NCBI RefSeq assembly: GCF_037042905.1
Contig: NC_087250.1
Coordinates: 13,704,001 to 13,768,000, forward strand
Reading direction: 5' to 3'
Source of the DNA: Lytechinus pictus
Lineage: Eukaryota
Length of the DNA stretch: 64,000 nucleotides
Below are positions 38,040 through 51,165 of this stretch, one piece after another. Every line of letters starts with the position of its first letter. Position 1 is the stretch's first letter. Under the pieces are notes generated by a model that was given only the letters and a program-made list of their open reading frames with translations, ran no database searches and had not been told where the DNA came from. A program made the translations under genes and the position numbers.

Positions 38040-41000
38040 TAGTATCCCGTAATTAGAAACCAACTGGAATAAAATTATTGGAAATGGTTTTTTGACTGAT
38101 TTGAGTAGGTATGGGTGTCAACATTTACCAAAAAAAGTTAGGAGGAATACGGGTTGGGAAAAGTGCTTTTTTTTTAAGGTCAAAGGTCAATGACCTTTTT
38201 AAATATACTGTATCATGGTATCTCCCAGATAAAATATTACAGGTTGGTGATCATGGTGTCAAAATGCACAGATTCTTACAAGAAGATCGAATAAAATCAA
38301 ATCAATTACCTACAATGCTCATTCACCCATGAAATTCAAGGTCAAAGCCTTTCAAAGTTCAATGACCTTTATTACATTATATACCATATACGGTATAATG
38401 GTATCTCTGAGATGAAAAGGTGCAGGTTGGTGATCTAGGTGTCAAAATGCAGAGGTTCTTACAGGAAGATCAAATAAAATCAAATTAATTACCCAGAATG
38501 CTCATTCACCCATGAAATTCAAGGTCAAAGCCTTTCAAAGGTCAATGACCTTTTTAACATTATGTATCATACTGTATAATAGTATCTCTGAGATGAAACG
38601 GCACAGGTTGGTGATCGTTGTATCAAAATTCCCAGATTCTTACAGGAAGGTCAAATAAGATAAAGTTAATCACCTAGAATGCATACTAATCCATAAAGTT
38701 CAAGGTCAAAGGTCAGTGACCTTTTTACGTAGGCTATATATCGTTAAAGGTATCTCTGAGATAAAACGCTGCATGTTGGTGATTTTGATGTCAAAAAGCA
38801 ATTTGTACAAGAAGATAAAAAGGACTCAAAATAATCATACATAATAATCCAATATCCAAAGTCAAAGGTCAAAAGTTGATAACTATTTATATATCCATGC
38901 ATGATTCCCCCCAAAAAGAAATTAATCCATTATATTCACATTTTATTTGTGAATAATAGAAAGAAAGATAACTATTTGTAATGAAAACTTGGAAGTCTAA
39001 TAATTTCACTCTGAAATAAGGATAAAAAATGGCCATGGAAAATATATTTAGGAGTTAAAGGTCAATCAACTATGTCAATAACGTCAGGGAATTTAACGTG
39101 ATTGTGGCATGTAGGTATAGTGATTCTGATGGGAAAAACCTGACATGCGTGGAAAAAGAACACAAATTTAATAGTTGAATCCTTGACCAAAGTTCGAGGT
39201 AAAATTTGATCAAATAGCACTTTTTCTTATAATATACTGTAATGCATTGACAAAAGTGTAAAAAAAATCATGTGTGATATAATTTGAAATGGTGACAATG
39301 GTGAAGTTACCTTAAGTAGCAGCATTTAGATATATGCATTTTATAAATCTTAATCAAGGTACTAATTTCTCTGTAGCAATAGGTCACTTACCTCAAATGC
39401 TATAATCAATACTATAACACTATAACGTAATCTGTAAATGGAAAGGATAGGCCTAACTCTTATGGCAAGCATCATCCGAGAACATTTTTATATAGCCAGG
39501 GACAATGACGAAAAATTAAAATAAGGCAATCATTAGAGCTTCAGCTTTTGTCATAGATGAAGTGAAGTGTCTCAACTTCAGCAAAGAGTAATTGAACTCT
39601 TGAAAACCTTCTGACATTTTCAAGACTTTGATCTGGCCCATTCAATGAAAGCCTTACGTTCTGTCAAGGGATATCAGACCAGGATCTATAGTATTACTGA
39701 TAATTGCACAGCTTGATTCTCAAGAACTGGAAGTGGTGCTGTAGGAGTTTTGTTAGGTCGATGGATGTGTACTTGTAAGCTATTATCTCCTTTTGAATTT
39801 CATTGTTATATGCCTAATTTGTGCATGATAACAATCAGTTGTTCTGGACCAAAAACATGATCCTCGTACAAACTGATACCTAGTAGAAGTAGCATCATGG
39901 GTAACGTACGGCAGAGAGCAGATATGAAGTTTTGTCTTGCAGCATTAGCATCACAAGAGATTCTGGCAGCTCGCAATGAAATGATGAAAGGTAATTGATA
40001 ATAATACGGGAATTAACCTTTCTTGAAGTTGATATATATGTAATTTACTACATGTATGCAGAAGCTGCAGCTCTAATGATGACCTTCATTTCATCATCCC
40101 TCTGCTGTTTGGAAATGCTCTCAGATGATGCTAGCTGTGACATGAGAGTTAGACCTGTCCTATCCATTTTCAGAAGATTAAGCTAATAGTTTATAGTATT
40201 TATTATAGCATTGAGGTGAGTGGCCTATCGCTGGAGAGAAAAGACACGACAACCTTGATTTAGATATAATGATGCATTAAATGCTGCATGCTACTCAAGA
40301 TAAAAATCATTTCAAATTATATACTTGATTTCATTTATTTTTTCAGTGCTTTTGGCAATGCATCGCAGTATATGAAAAAGTGTTATTTGGTTATCAATTT
40401 TTTTTACTTAATTTCCACTGATATTTTGGAAAGGGCTCATTGACCTCTGACCCCTAAATACATTCTCCATGGCCTTCATTATTTCAGACCAAAATCACGA
40501 AACCTCCATGTTTTCATTACAAATTAGCCATGGTTATTTACATTATTCAGATATAAAATATGAACACTAAAAATATTGTTTTTGGTTATTTTTATGTCAT
40601 ATAGATTATATATTTCCTCCGATCTAGGATTTCAACGGTGAAAGTTTATTCTTTATACTTATTTTAGTGTTGTTAAATAATTCTTGTACAAGTCTTTGGA
40701 TTTTGGCACCAAGATCACCAACCTGCAGTGTTTTATCTCAGAGATACCATTATTATTATCTAATGTTAAAAATGACATTGACCTTTGTCCTTGAATTTTA
40801 TGGGTGAATGTACATTTTCTATGCTTAATTTTATTTTATCTTCCTGTAAGAATATGCGTGTTTTGACACCAAGAACACCAACCTGCACCGTTTTATCTTA
40901 GAGATACAATTATATAATATGGTATATATAGTATAAAAGGTCATTGACCTTTGGCCTTAAATTTTATGCGTGAATGTGCATTCTAGGTACTTAATTTTAT

Positions 41001-41629
41001 TCTATTTGATCTTCTGGTAAGAATCTGTGCATTTTGACACCATGATCACCAACCTGTGATTTTTCATCTCAGGGATACCATTATACAGTATGGTATATAA
41101 TGTAAATAGGTCATATTGACCTTTGAAAAGCTTTGACCTTGAATTTTATTGGTGAATGTGCAGTCTAGGTACTTAAATTTATTTTATTTGATCTTCTTGT
41201 AAGAATCTGTACATTTTGACACCATGATCACCAGCATGTACCTTATCATCTCAGAGATACCGTACAGTATGGTATATAATGTAAAAAAGGTCACTGACCT
41301 TTTGAAAGGCTTTGACCTTGAATTTTATAGGTGAATGTGTATTCTAGGTCATTAATTTTATTCTATTTGATATTCTGGTAAGAATTTGTGCATTTTGACA
41401 CCATTATCACCAACCTGCGCCTTTCCATCTCAGAGATACCATTATACAGTATGTACAAAAAGGTCATTGACCTTTGACCTTGAAAAAAAGCACTTTCCCC
41501 AACCCGTATTCCTCCTAACTTTTTTTTTGGGTAAATGTTGACACCCATACCTACTCAAATCAGTCAAAAAACCATTTCCAATAATTTTATTCCAGATTGG
41601 CTCTTTTGGGGTCTAATTTAGGGATACTA
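38040..41629. mobile_element. 3.6-kb Academ-like element with long TIRs and ~180-bp subterminal repeats
   Basis: TGT|TAGTATCCC ... GGGATACTA|TGT (3-bp TSD, TAG...CTA termini); arms mirror each other for more than 1 kb. Confidence 0.85.
39600..39965 (-). pseudogene. Degenerate transposase-like coding remnant inside the Academ-like element
   Basis: Minus strand reads AARQNFISALCRTLPMMLLLLGISLYEDHVFGPEQLIVIMHKLGI*, then YNNEIQK in a shifted frame. This recalls the LG..L.H.FGS..LI..LH.LG...SY.E..K segment I associate with Academ-type ORFs (from memory). Confidence 0.4.
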
Positions 41630-42019
41630 TGTATCATATGCAGGGGGTCGAGGGTGAAAGGAAAGGAAAACTCGGAGAGGGAGTGGGGGAGGAAGGGCTG
41701 AAGGGAAACTGCATCTTGAAAATATAGGCATATTGTTTTTTAAAAAAGAAGAATAAAAATTTATAAAATGAAAACATGAAGGGAAACTATTGAAAACATA
41801 TATAAAAGCAAACTGTATATCTATGGGGATCCTGAAATCATGGTGGCAGTTTTATAGTCGGGGCGTAAAATAGGAGGTTATCTTTTTATTGGGTTTCATC
41901 CCGGGTTTCATTTAGATCGGTCATGAGCAGTTGGATGTAAATTCGTTAGCACCGCAGTGTTTTTATGGTCTTCTTATTTGGTGTTCACTCCCAGACGCGT
42001 CCTTGTGTAATTCGTTCAC

Positions 42020-42195
42020 ATATCACTTCGCACTATGTCATGGGATCTTCGATCGGAGAAATCCGCCGTAAATGAAATAGACCCCCAAAAATCTGTAATT
42101 GAGAAGGATAGGTTCAGCCAATTCGTATTTTGACTGGTGTGGAAAGACATAAGACTTTGCTGAAATTATTTCCTGAATATCGTCAATAACTGACC
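42020..42195 (+). other. Probable non-coding first exon / promoter region of the V-ATPase C gene (5' boundary uncertain)
   Basis: Locally CpG-rich, apparently non-repetitive sequence at about 41940-42440. Perfect GTAAGT donor at 42196. The first coding exon starts with ATG immediately after its AG, so an upstream UTR exon is required. Confidence 0.6.
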
Positions 42196-42488
42196 GTAAG
42201 TATCCGAGTTCTCGAGTGTTTGTGTGCAGCCCTGGATCTGGAGCTGTTTGAGCGAACGAGTGCGACTGCGAGTACCGGTACACATATGTGCGGGTGTGTG
42301 AGTGAAGTTGTCGGGGAACTACTCCGTTGGCGTCAGTGGGTTACCGTTGAGCATTGAGCCGAGCCTGGGCTGTCATGCATGCCTGTGCAGTGCTATGCCT
42401 AGGCCTATGACCGGTGCTCGATGCGTGATTATGCGGACGTGTGCTGTTGAGTTACTTCAAGTTCAGGATAGGAATTTTATTTGTATGT

Positions 42489-42898
42489 CAGTAAAGGCGC
42501 ACGGCCAATATGGGAGACTCTCTCCAATAGGGGAGACAATCTCCCACATGGTACATTGGAGACTTGCTTTGCAAAAGGACAAAAGAAACAACACCAACAA
42601 AAGCATGATTTTTTCCACCCAAAATTTTGTCTCGCTGAGGTCATTTGTTTTGTGTGTGATTGACAACAAAAATCCTTATCAAAACAAAAGTAGACGGTGA
42701 ATTTTTAAAGTAGACGGTGAAAAGGGGTAATTATTCAAGGTAATCCATTTGCAGCAAATGTAAACAAAGGAAATTGGTCTCCAAAACTGGAGACTGTCTC
42801 TGAAATTGGATACCCAAATTCTTTACAAAAGTCTCTGATATTGGAGATAATCTCCCACATTGGAGACAGTCTCCAATATTGGCCGTGCGCCTCTACTG
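42489..42898. mobile_element. Tc1/mariner-like MITE in the first intron of the V-ATPase C gene
   Basis: CAGTAAAGGCGCACGGCCAATA ... TATTGGCCGTGCGCCTCTACTG|TA; internal GGAGAC/GTCTCC repeats. Confidence 0.75.
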
Positions 42899-43269
42899 TA
42901 CCTGTATGTGTGGTGGGGGTGGGGGGTAGCCAGGAGCCTCCTAGAGAGTAAAAATCTTAATCATTTACTAACGTGCTTGCTCTCCACGGAGCCAGGGATT
43001 GAGTCCCATTCTGAACCATACGTACCGCGAAAAAAACTGAAACTTTCGCCCCCGAGATTTCTACTTTCTTTCTAAAACTAAAAGATCTAGCCCTAAATCA
43101 TGTAAATAAGATTAAGATACTTCATTTCCGACATTTCTACGATATTGATTTCATTTTTAAGCAAGAATTAAAAAAAAGAAACAAGAAAAATATGAAAAGA
43201 CGGGGAAAACTTGCCACCGTGTTTTCTTTGTCTTTCGACAAGACGACAGCACGCATATCGCGGCACCAA

Positions 43270-45601
43270 AATAATCATCGTCATCATCATTGCCACCATT
43301 CATCATCATCAATAATTACAATCATCATTACCATCATCTTCATTATCACCATCATCACCATCATCATCACTATCATTTTCATCATTATCATCATCACCAT
43401 CTTCACATCATCTTCATCATCACCGTCATCATCACCATCATCATTACCATCATCATCATCATCACCATCTTCATAATCGTCATCATCATTATTATCATCA
43501 TCATCACCATCATTACCATCATCATCATCATTACCATCATCATCACCACCATCATCATCATCTTCATCACTATCTTCATCATTATCATCATCATCACCAT
43601 CTTCATCATCATCTTCATCACCTTCTACATCATCACCACCATCATCATTACAATTATCATCCTTACCATCATCATCACCATCATCATCATTATAATCATC
43701 ACCATTTTCATCATCATTATCATCATAACCATCATCATCATCATTATAATCACAGGGCGCGACAAACCCGCTTGCCCGGGGCAAGTGAAATTGACGTGCG
43801 GGCAAGCATTTTTCAAAGTCCATTGCCTGATCGGGCAAGTGCTTGTTTTGAAAATGAAAAAGATAAATTGACAGTAAAGTTTAATAATTTTTTGATAAAT
43901 TGCAATCATCGGCCAATTATCTCTCATACAATGTGATACCAGTAAAAAAAAAGTGGAAACATGTCAAATCAGCGCCAATTTACCGACATTTTATCGCCAG
44001 CGGTCCCGTTCGATGGGGGCTGCCATTTTACTTTCTAAACTACACTGTGCGCATGCGCTACCAATCGACGAAGGAGCTAGCTGGGGAAACCTCTCTCTCG
44101 CCCTCTGAGCGCATGCTCTAATACATCGGCGCTACAGTACATGTACGGACGTACACGAGCGATCGCAAGCCAGTCGACTCTCGAGCTAGATCGCGCTGAA
44201 TGCATGCAAGCTTCGGACTGACTCGGCCAGGACCAGGGTGAACAGACATCCCGTATTTTATTCATTTCTAAAACAGTTTAGTTTTTTTTTTTTTTTTAAT
44301 ATATATAAAAAAACACCAAATATCATGTGGATTTTTGTTATATGATTGGATTGTTTTTATTTGCTTGAAGTTTGAACTTTTTCCTCTTTCTTTCTTTTCT
44401 ATCCTTCCTTCTTGCCCTTTTTGTTACATATCTATTTTTATTTCCTTATCCTTTCTCTCTCTGTTCATTTTCTTTCTTTCTTTCTCTTACTTGCCTTCTT
44501 TATTACATTTCCTTTTTCTATTTCCTTCATTCCTTCTCCCTTCCACTCGTTTATTTTCGTTCTTTCTCTCCTTCCATTATTTTCTTCTTTTTTTTTCATT
44601 CTGGCCTCCCTTCATTCTTTCCTCCCTCTCTTTCCTCCTTTCTTTCTTTCTTTCATTATTTATTTCATTTTGTCCTTATTCTTTCTTTCCCTTTCTTCCT
44701 TCATTCCTTCCCTCCTTCTTGTTTTCTTCTTTCTTTCAAGAATGAAGGAAACATTTTCTTTCCTTCTTTCTTTCCTCTTCCCTTTTTCTTACTTTCTTTT
44801 TGTCTTTCTCTTCTTTATTTTGACTTTCACACATTTATTCATCTTCCCTTCTTTTTTATCTATTTTTATTCTCTCTCTCATCCTTCTTTAATTAGAACTT
44901 TCTTATATTTTTTTATTATTTCCTTCATTTTCCCCTTCATTTTTTCTTTCTTTCTTCTCAATTCATCTCTTTTCTTTCTCTCCTTTATTCTTTCGTTCAC
45001 CCTCCCTTCCAATTCTGTATATTTTTTTCACAAGTCTAACACTGTGTAGCCTTCTTTCTTGATCTTTTTTTTGTCGATTGTCCTGTATTTCATAATTTTG
45101 TGAAATCTTGTCACCCTGGCCAGGACTCGGCTTCAACTTCAAACCAAATAAACAATGAGTTGTCAGACTAAAATAGGCTACTTTTGTCGTCGTGATCGGC
45201 GACCAGAACAACTTGAACAAGAGTCAAGAAAAAGAAATGCCAAGGGCAGCGCCAGTAAATCAAGTTCAGCCAGGATAGAAAAGAATAATTAAGAGCAAAA
45301 GAATTTTTGAAAAAAAATCGGGCAAGCAGTTTTTTCTATCGGGCAAGCAGATTTTTTTATCACTTGCCCGACAGGGCAAGTGATGATTTTTTTTTTTGTA
45401 GAGGCCTGTAATCATCACCATTTTCATCATCATCATCATCATTACCATCATCACCATCATTATCATCATCACCATCTTCTTCATCACCATCATCTTTCCC
45501 AAGTATTGTAGGAGTCTTATAGAGTGCAGTAGAATACTTTAATAAGTGAATAGTTTTTGCAATCTATTATTATTATCATAATTATCATTATTATTATTAT
45601 T

Positions 45602-45647
<46 letters not shown>

Positions 45648-45968
45648 CCACCATCATCACCACCATCATCACCATCATCATCATCATTACCATCATCATC
45701 ATCTAATCATCACCATCATCATCACCATCATCACCATCATCTTCTTCACCATCATCACCATCATCATCATTACCATCATCATCATTATCATCATTAACAT
45801 CATCATCTTCATCACCATCATCATTTTATCACCTTTCACAAGTATTGTAGGAGTCTTACAGAGTGCAGTAGAATACTTAAATGAATAGTTTCTGCAATAT
45901 ATTTATTATTATTATCATTATTATTATCATCATCACCACCACCATCATCATCATCATCATTACCATCA
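43270..45968. repeat. Long compound (CAT/CAC/TAT)n microsatellite field interrupted by a transposon and by LINE tails
   Basis: Directly visible; it generates the poly-H/D/I/M ORFs in the track. Confidence 0.95.
43753..45408. mobile_element. hAT-like non-autonomous element with a 6-bp TSD and an internal CT-rich tract
   Basis: TAATCA|CAGGGCGCGACAAA ... TTTGTAGAGGCCTG|TAATCA; subterminal CTTGCCCG/CGGGCAAG motifs. Confidence 0.75.
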
Positions 45969-46604
45969 TGGGTACTGCTTCATGAACTCGGGCAGTAGTC
46001 TTATAATCGAAGAGGTACTTCAAGCTTCAGGCTGTAATTAATGCAATTTAAATCAGGCAGACAAAATGCTGAAATTTTTTATCGAAATGGGACAAGGAAT
46101 AACGAAGTTACTGTATGGCATTTAAAGGTTTATAATTCATTTTGGTGAAACAATCCTATGCATAGCAAGATGATGTTGTCATCTCCCCACGTATTCTTTT
46201 GTGATTTTTATTTCTTTAAAAAAAAAAATCAAATTTTGAACTCTAAGAATGTAACAATAGGAATTGGTATCTGATTTTGATATAATATAATCATTGCACT
46301 GCAACTTGTTCTGTTAAAATGGAGACAGAAATGTGATACATGTGCATGGACATGGAGAGATAAAATTATTATGATCTCATGTACGTAATAGATTGAGATA
46401 AAGGAAAGTAGGAACATGACACCAGCCTACACTATGTACAATGTAGGCCTACATGTTGTGGATTCATGATTGCATTTATACATGTCTGTTAAAATTCATG
46501 TTTGATATTTTGCTAAAGCCTAATCTTTAAAATTCAGTAAATCTTTGTCATTGTTTAATTACATTTGGATGAAATTTCAGTGTTTTTACCATTTAGTATT
46601 TTAA

Positions 46605-47198
46605 AGGGGAATCCAGCCTTGGCCATAAAATGTTGTGTTGGGAAGGAGAAAAATAAATTAAACAGAATGGTGAAAGTTTGAAAGAAATCGGACTAGCATT
46701 AAGAAAGTTATAGCTGCTTTAAAATTGAGATCACTAATACTATGTAGATTTCAAATTGGCAACTGAGTGAGTAAATTATGACAAGGGGCAAGGACAACTT
46801 TCCCATAGGCCATGTACTTTACTATCAGGGATTTGTGGTTTTCTCCTAAGTACTCATTCCCCTGGGGCAGTAATCTAAATATAACCCAGGTAGTATATTG
46901 TTTTATGTCCTCATGAAAGAAAAATATAATTTGAAATAAAACTTTTGGGAAAAATGAAATTTTAGCCAAAATATATATTGGAGTTCATGGAAGAGTAGTC
47001 CTTGCCTTACATCACTATGACATCCCATATGCGGCCAATTTTAAGTCTCCATGGGTATAGTGATTACCAATATTTACAACTGTAAAAATTCATAACTTTC
47101 TTGTTGTTTGTCCAATATTGTTCAAACTTTCACCTATCAACTTGTCTGATTTTTCTTTTCCCTATAAAAACAAGTTTTTATTTGGGTTGGATTCCCCT
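46605..47198. mobile_element. Kolobok/T2-type MITE, family K3
   Basis: TTAA|AGGGGAATCCA ... TGGATTCCCCT|TTAA. Confidence 0.85.
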
Positions 47199-48646
47199 TT
47201 AAATGACATCAGCCTACTGTACATGTAGATATCAAGGATTCATGATGGCATGCATACATCTACATGAAATCTGTTCAAATTCACATATTGCCAAACTTTG
47301 AAATATAATAAATCTTTGCTATTTTTTAATTACATTTTGATGAAATTTCAGTGTTTTAGAGTACTCTATTTAATCTAGCTAAATAATTTTCACCCAGGAG
47401 TTTGCCTCACAGAGAGCTTCATATTGAGAAAGAGAGGAAGTGACAGAAATAGAAAGAGGAAGCCTCATTAGTCTCACTCTACTCCTGTTCTCAATCATAT
47501 TAATAGTCTTATTTCCAGACAAATTCGAATAAGATGGTTACAAATATTATTGTCTTCTTACTCTTCTATCTTCTTTCAAAGAGGAAATTAGGATACCTTC
47601 CAAATCATAATAGCCAGGAAAAAATGGTACAGGTAAACATGCATTTATAAGTTGACTGTCTATGCATGTTAGTCAAATATATACACTGCACCATCCAGGT
47701 CAAAGCAATTTTAAGACCAGATTTAATGAAATATTATCTCTTTGAAGTCCCAAAAGATTTGACAGGAGGCAAATATTTTCTGTCAGGGGGCCATCTTTTT
47801 TCGATATTTTCTGTTCACACTTTGCTTTGAGATAAATGATCATTTACAAGTGTGTTTTTTTTGTAGGTTTTTTTTTTCGCTGCATGTACTTTAAGGAGCT
47901 TTTTCTTACAATTTAGGGGCTACAGTAATGTGCCATCAATTCATATTTTCCTTTTTGTTTTGCGAACATAAAAATGACATAAAATGTGTTATTTTAATAC
48001 AACACTAGATAGTAGATACACTCATAATTTTTCAGGGTTTGTAATTTCCTGGCAAATGCTGGAAAAAAAAATTGTAATTTGCTGGGAATATATACAGGGA
48101 GGTACTGGGAAATGCTGGAATATGATTTAGAAATGCCTTGAGGCAATACCTGAAAATATTCAAAAAGTATGTTTTGTAGTTTTTTCCTGCATTTTCAAAT
48201 ATTTTCAATTTTCCTCAAGAATTATTTATTGAAGCAGTATTTATTGGTATTTACCACCAGTATTTCCCATTCTCACCAACCTTATAATGTTCTGGGCCCA
48301 ATCGTACAAACAGTTGCGATTGATCCAATCAATCACAATTATGGAAAGCCAGCAAATTTAATATCTAAAATGCATGTTTGTTTAAAAAAAAACTAGATAC
48401 GAAAATTCATTGATTTCTTGACAATTTGGTGTGTTCTCCTTTGTTTGCAAAGGATATTTTACAAATTTCCTGTAGAAAAAATGATGACACTGATGGATTT
48501 CCAGAGTTACGATTGATTGGATGATTTGGATCAATTGTAACTCTTTGTAAGACGGATCCCTTTTGTTTTTAAATAATGCTGCAAGAACAAGGAACGTAAC
48601 ATTATAATGAACAGTGCTTTAATTGTTTATTATATATTCATTTCAG

Positions 48647-48846
48647 ATGAGTGGTGAGTTTTGGTTGATCTCTGCCCCAGGCGAGAAGACCTGCCAGCAG
48701 ACATGGGAAAGGCTGAACGGCGCCACCGTCAGGTTCGATTTGTCCTTGAATTACAAGTTTCCGATACCAGACCTGAAGGTCGGAACACTGGACACGCTGG
48801 TTGGGCTCTCGGATGAGCTGGGGAAACTGGATTCTTATGTTGACAA
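48647..48846 (+). CDS. ATP6V1C: V-type proton ATPase subunit C, coding exon 1 ([24 protein letters not shown]...[25 protein letters not shown])
   Basis: ttcAG|ATG; GTAAGT donor at 48847; 200 nt. Hallmark [17 protein letters not shown] and [15 protein letters not shown] motifs. Confidence 0.97.
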
Positions 48847-49068
48847 GTAAGTATCATGTTCCCCAGGGAGTGGAGAAAGTTATATGTGGGGGGCAAGCAT
48901 GAATCTGATGACAATCTTAACTTGGGCCAGGTGGCCGATTTTGAGTGAGTTGATTGGTGGGATTGTGTGTGCCAATAAATAAATGTGCATTGATGAAACT
49001 GATCCTAACTAAAACTATTTCAGAGAATAGGAATGAATGTTATCCCTCCCACTTTATGAATCACCCTT

Positions 49069-49232
49069 ATACCTCGGTCACATTTGCTCTACGGCAGCCG
49101 TACGGTGAGTCGAAAACGGCCATTTTATTCATTTTTATTGAAACCACCTATATTTAGCTGGTCCAAAAAATGTTAAAACAACTGTTTTTTACTTGCCGTA
49201 CGTCCGCCGTAGAACAAATGTGACCGAGGTAT
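49069..49232. mobile_element. Short palindromic MITE
   Basis: ATACCTCGGTCACATTTG ... CAAATGTGACCGAGGTAT. Confidence 0.8.
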
Positions 49233-49318
49233 TAATATTGATAGCCTACTTGAAGATTATTTTATTGTCTATCTCCCTCTCTTATCTCTCTCCATATCTC
49301 TCCCCCTATCTCTCTCAG

Positions 49319-49404
49319 TATCACTCACAAGCTTGCCCATTACCTCGGTGAGGTATTAGAAGACCAGAAAGACAGACTTGCAGAGAATCTCATGGCCAAC
49401 AGAA
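49319..49404 (+). CDS. ATP6V1C: V-ATPase C coding exon 2 (NITHKLAHYLGEVLEDQKDRLAENLMANR)
   Basis: CT-rich acceptor; GTAAGT donor; 86 nt; phase consistent. Confidence 0.95.
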
Positions 49405-49504
49405 GTAAGTTAATAATAATAATAGTAATAATGATAATAAGGTCATATTTTACCCAGGGAAGCCACTTCAGTTCTAAAAACTTGTCTACCAGCGGACCCT
49501 GCTT

Positions 49505-49591
49505 AACATGATAATGTTATTAATAATAATGATAATAATGATAATGATATGGATAGTGATAATGATAGTGATCATGATAACGATAATGATA

Positions 49592-49638
<47 letters not shown>

Positions 49639-49890
49639 AATGATGATGATAATAATAATAATGATAATAGTAATGATGATAATTATAAATAGAGTGCAGA
49701 AACTATTCATTTAATTATTCTACTGCACTCTATAAGACTCCTACAATGCTTTTTAATGAAATAGATGTGTTTTGAGTTTTGATTTGAAGTTGTTTGTGGA
49801 TGGTGCCTTCCTGACTTCCAGGGGTAAGCTATTCCAGAGTTTGGGGCTAGACAAGCAAATGCTCGATCACTTCGCATCATTTTGTGATAG
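49505..49890 (-). mobile_element. 5'-truncated L2-clade LINE 3' end with (ATC)n tail
   Basis: With one frameshift, the minus strand encodes RSDRAFACLAP/KLWNSLPLEVRKAPSTNNFKSKLKTHLFH*, the typical L2/CR1-group ORF2 C-terminus. A short UTR and a microsatellite tail follow. Confidence 0.85.
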
Positions 49891-50819
49891 GAAGAGAACA
49901 TGATTGATTGTAAAGGGGCTTTCACTCCTTATGATCGCTTTAGCCAGCTTGCCGATGGACTTATGGCAAGCCATGTCATCAATAAATCTTGTAAACCTCT
50001 ATAATTTAAAAGAAAAATCGTTATTGATATCAGGGGCAGGTACAGGATTTTCCAGGGGGGGGGGGCATTTTTTTTTACAGGAAAAGTTGATAAGTGAAAA
50101 AAGGGGGGGGGGGGGTTTACTACAAAATGGAGGTCATTTTGTTCCAGGAAATATTTGATAAGCAAAAGAAGAAAAAAAGGTCCACATTCGAGTATGAATG
50201 ACATATATCCCAATAAATATTTGTTGTGTCTCTCAAAAGGGGAGGGGGCGTGAGGCTGGGTGTGCCCCGACCTGGATCCGCCAGTAATTGATATGAAGAA
50301 CTGCCATTTGTTATCACCACTGAAACGGTCAGTCATCCAGGTTTTAAATCTGGTTTAGTCCCCGACTGTGGGGTGGCTGAATTCACCTCACACTCACCCC
50401 TCTCCCCCTTCCCCCACTTTCTCTCTATGCGATGCATCCTCCTCCCTCCAACTGATTTATTGACTGTAAGAAACAAATTATTGATATCAAGAATATGCCA
50501 ATATCAAAAATTCTTGAAGAAACTGTGTATTGTTGAGAAATGAGCAGAACAAGTGTAAAATTCCAGCTGAGATGTCGGTTCTTATTCCAAGCAATGCTAA
50601 TACACTTTCCCACATGTGCATGTCTGTATTGGTAATCGTTTTTTGCTGAAATTCATGATTTCATACAATTCCCTTATTGTTACTCTACCAGATCTTTATC
50701 TACGATTATATAGTGAAAATTAACCTTGGTTAAATACAGACTTTATCAGGAAATCAGTGTTTATGGTAACTAGTGTCATTTATCTTTAATATGTGACATT
50801 TATTCATTAATTCTTTTAG

Positions 50820-50914
50820 TGGACCTGAGCACGTATGTAACTAGATTTCAATGGGACGTAGCCAAGTATCCAATCAAATTACAGCTAAAGAGCATCGCTG
50901 AGATCATTAGCAAG
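50820..50914 (+). CDS. ATP6V1C: V-ATPase C coding exon 3 ([32 protein letters not shown])
   Basis: ttttAG acceptor; GTGGGT donor; 95 nt; TRFQWD.AKYPIK motif. Confidence 0.95.
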
Positions 50915-50929
50915 GTGGGTATTTGTCAT

Positions 50930-51165
50930 CTATTAATTCATTTATTCACAAATTAATTTATTCTTCAATTCATTTTTTCATTCATTCATTTATTCATTCA
51001 ATTCATTTATTCATTCATTCAATTCATTTATTCATTCATTCATTCATCAATTCATTCGTTCATTCATCAATTCATTCATTCATTTATTCATTCATCAATT
51101 CATTTATTCATTCATCAATTCATTTATTCATTCATCAATTCATTTATTCATTCATTCATTCATTT
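50930..51165. repeat. (ATTC)n microsatellite
   Basis: Directly visible; continues in degenerate form to about 51750. Confidence 0.95.

Noticed and set aside
41900..42060. CLEAR/M-box (TFEB/MITF) sites expected at a V-ATPase promoter
   Set aside because: Only partial matches (GTCATGAG, TCACAT, GTCATGG) are present; there is no full TCACGTGA or TCATGTG near the putative TSS.
43192..45702. Long ORFs (183-225 aa) rich in D, H, I, M or F/S/L
   Set aside because: They are translations of (CAT)n and CT-rich low-complexity tracts, open in several frames on both strands.
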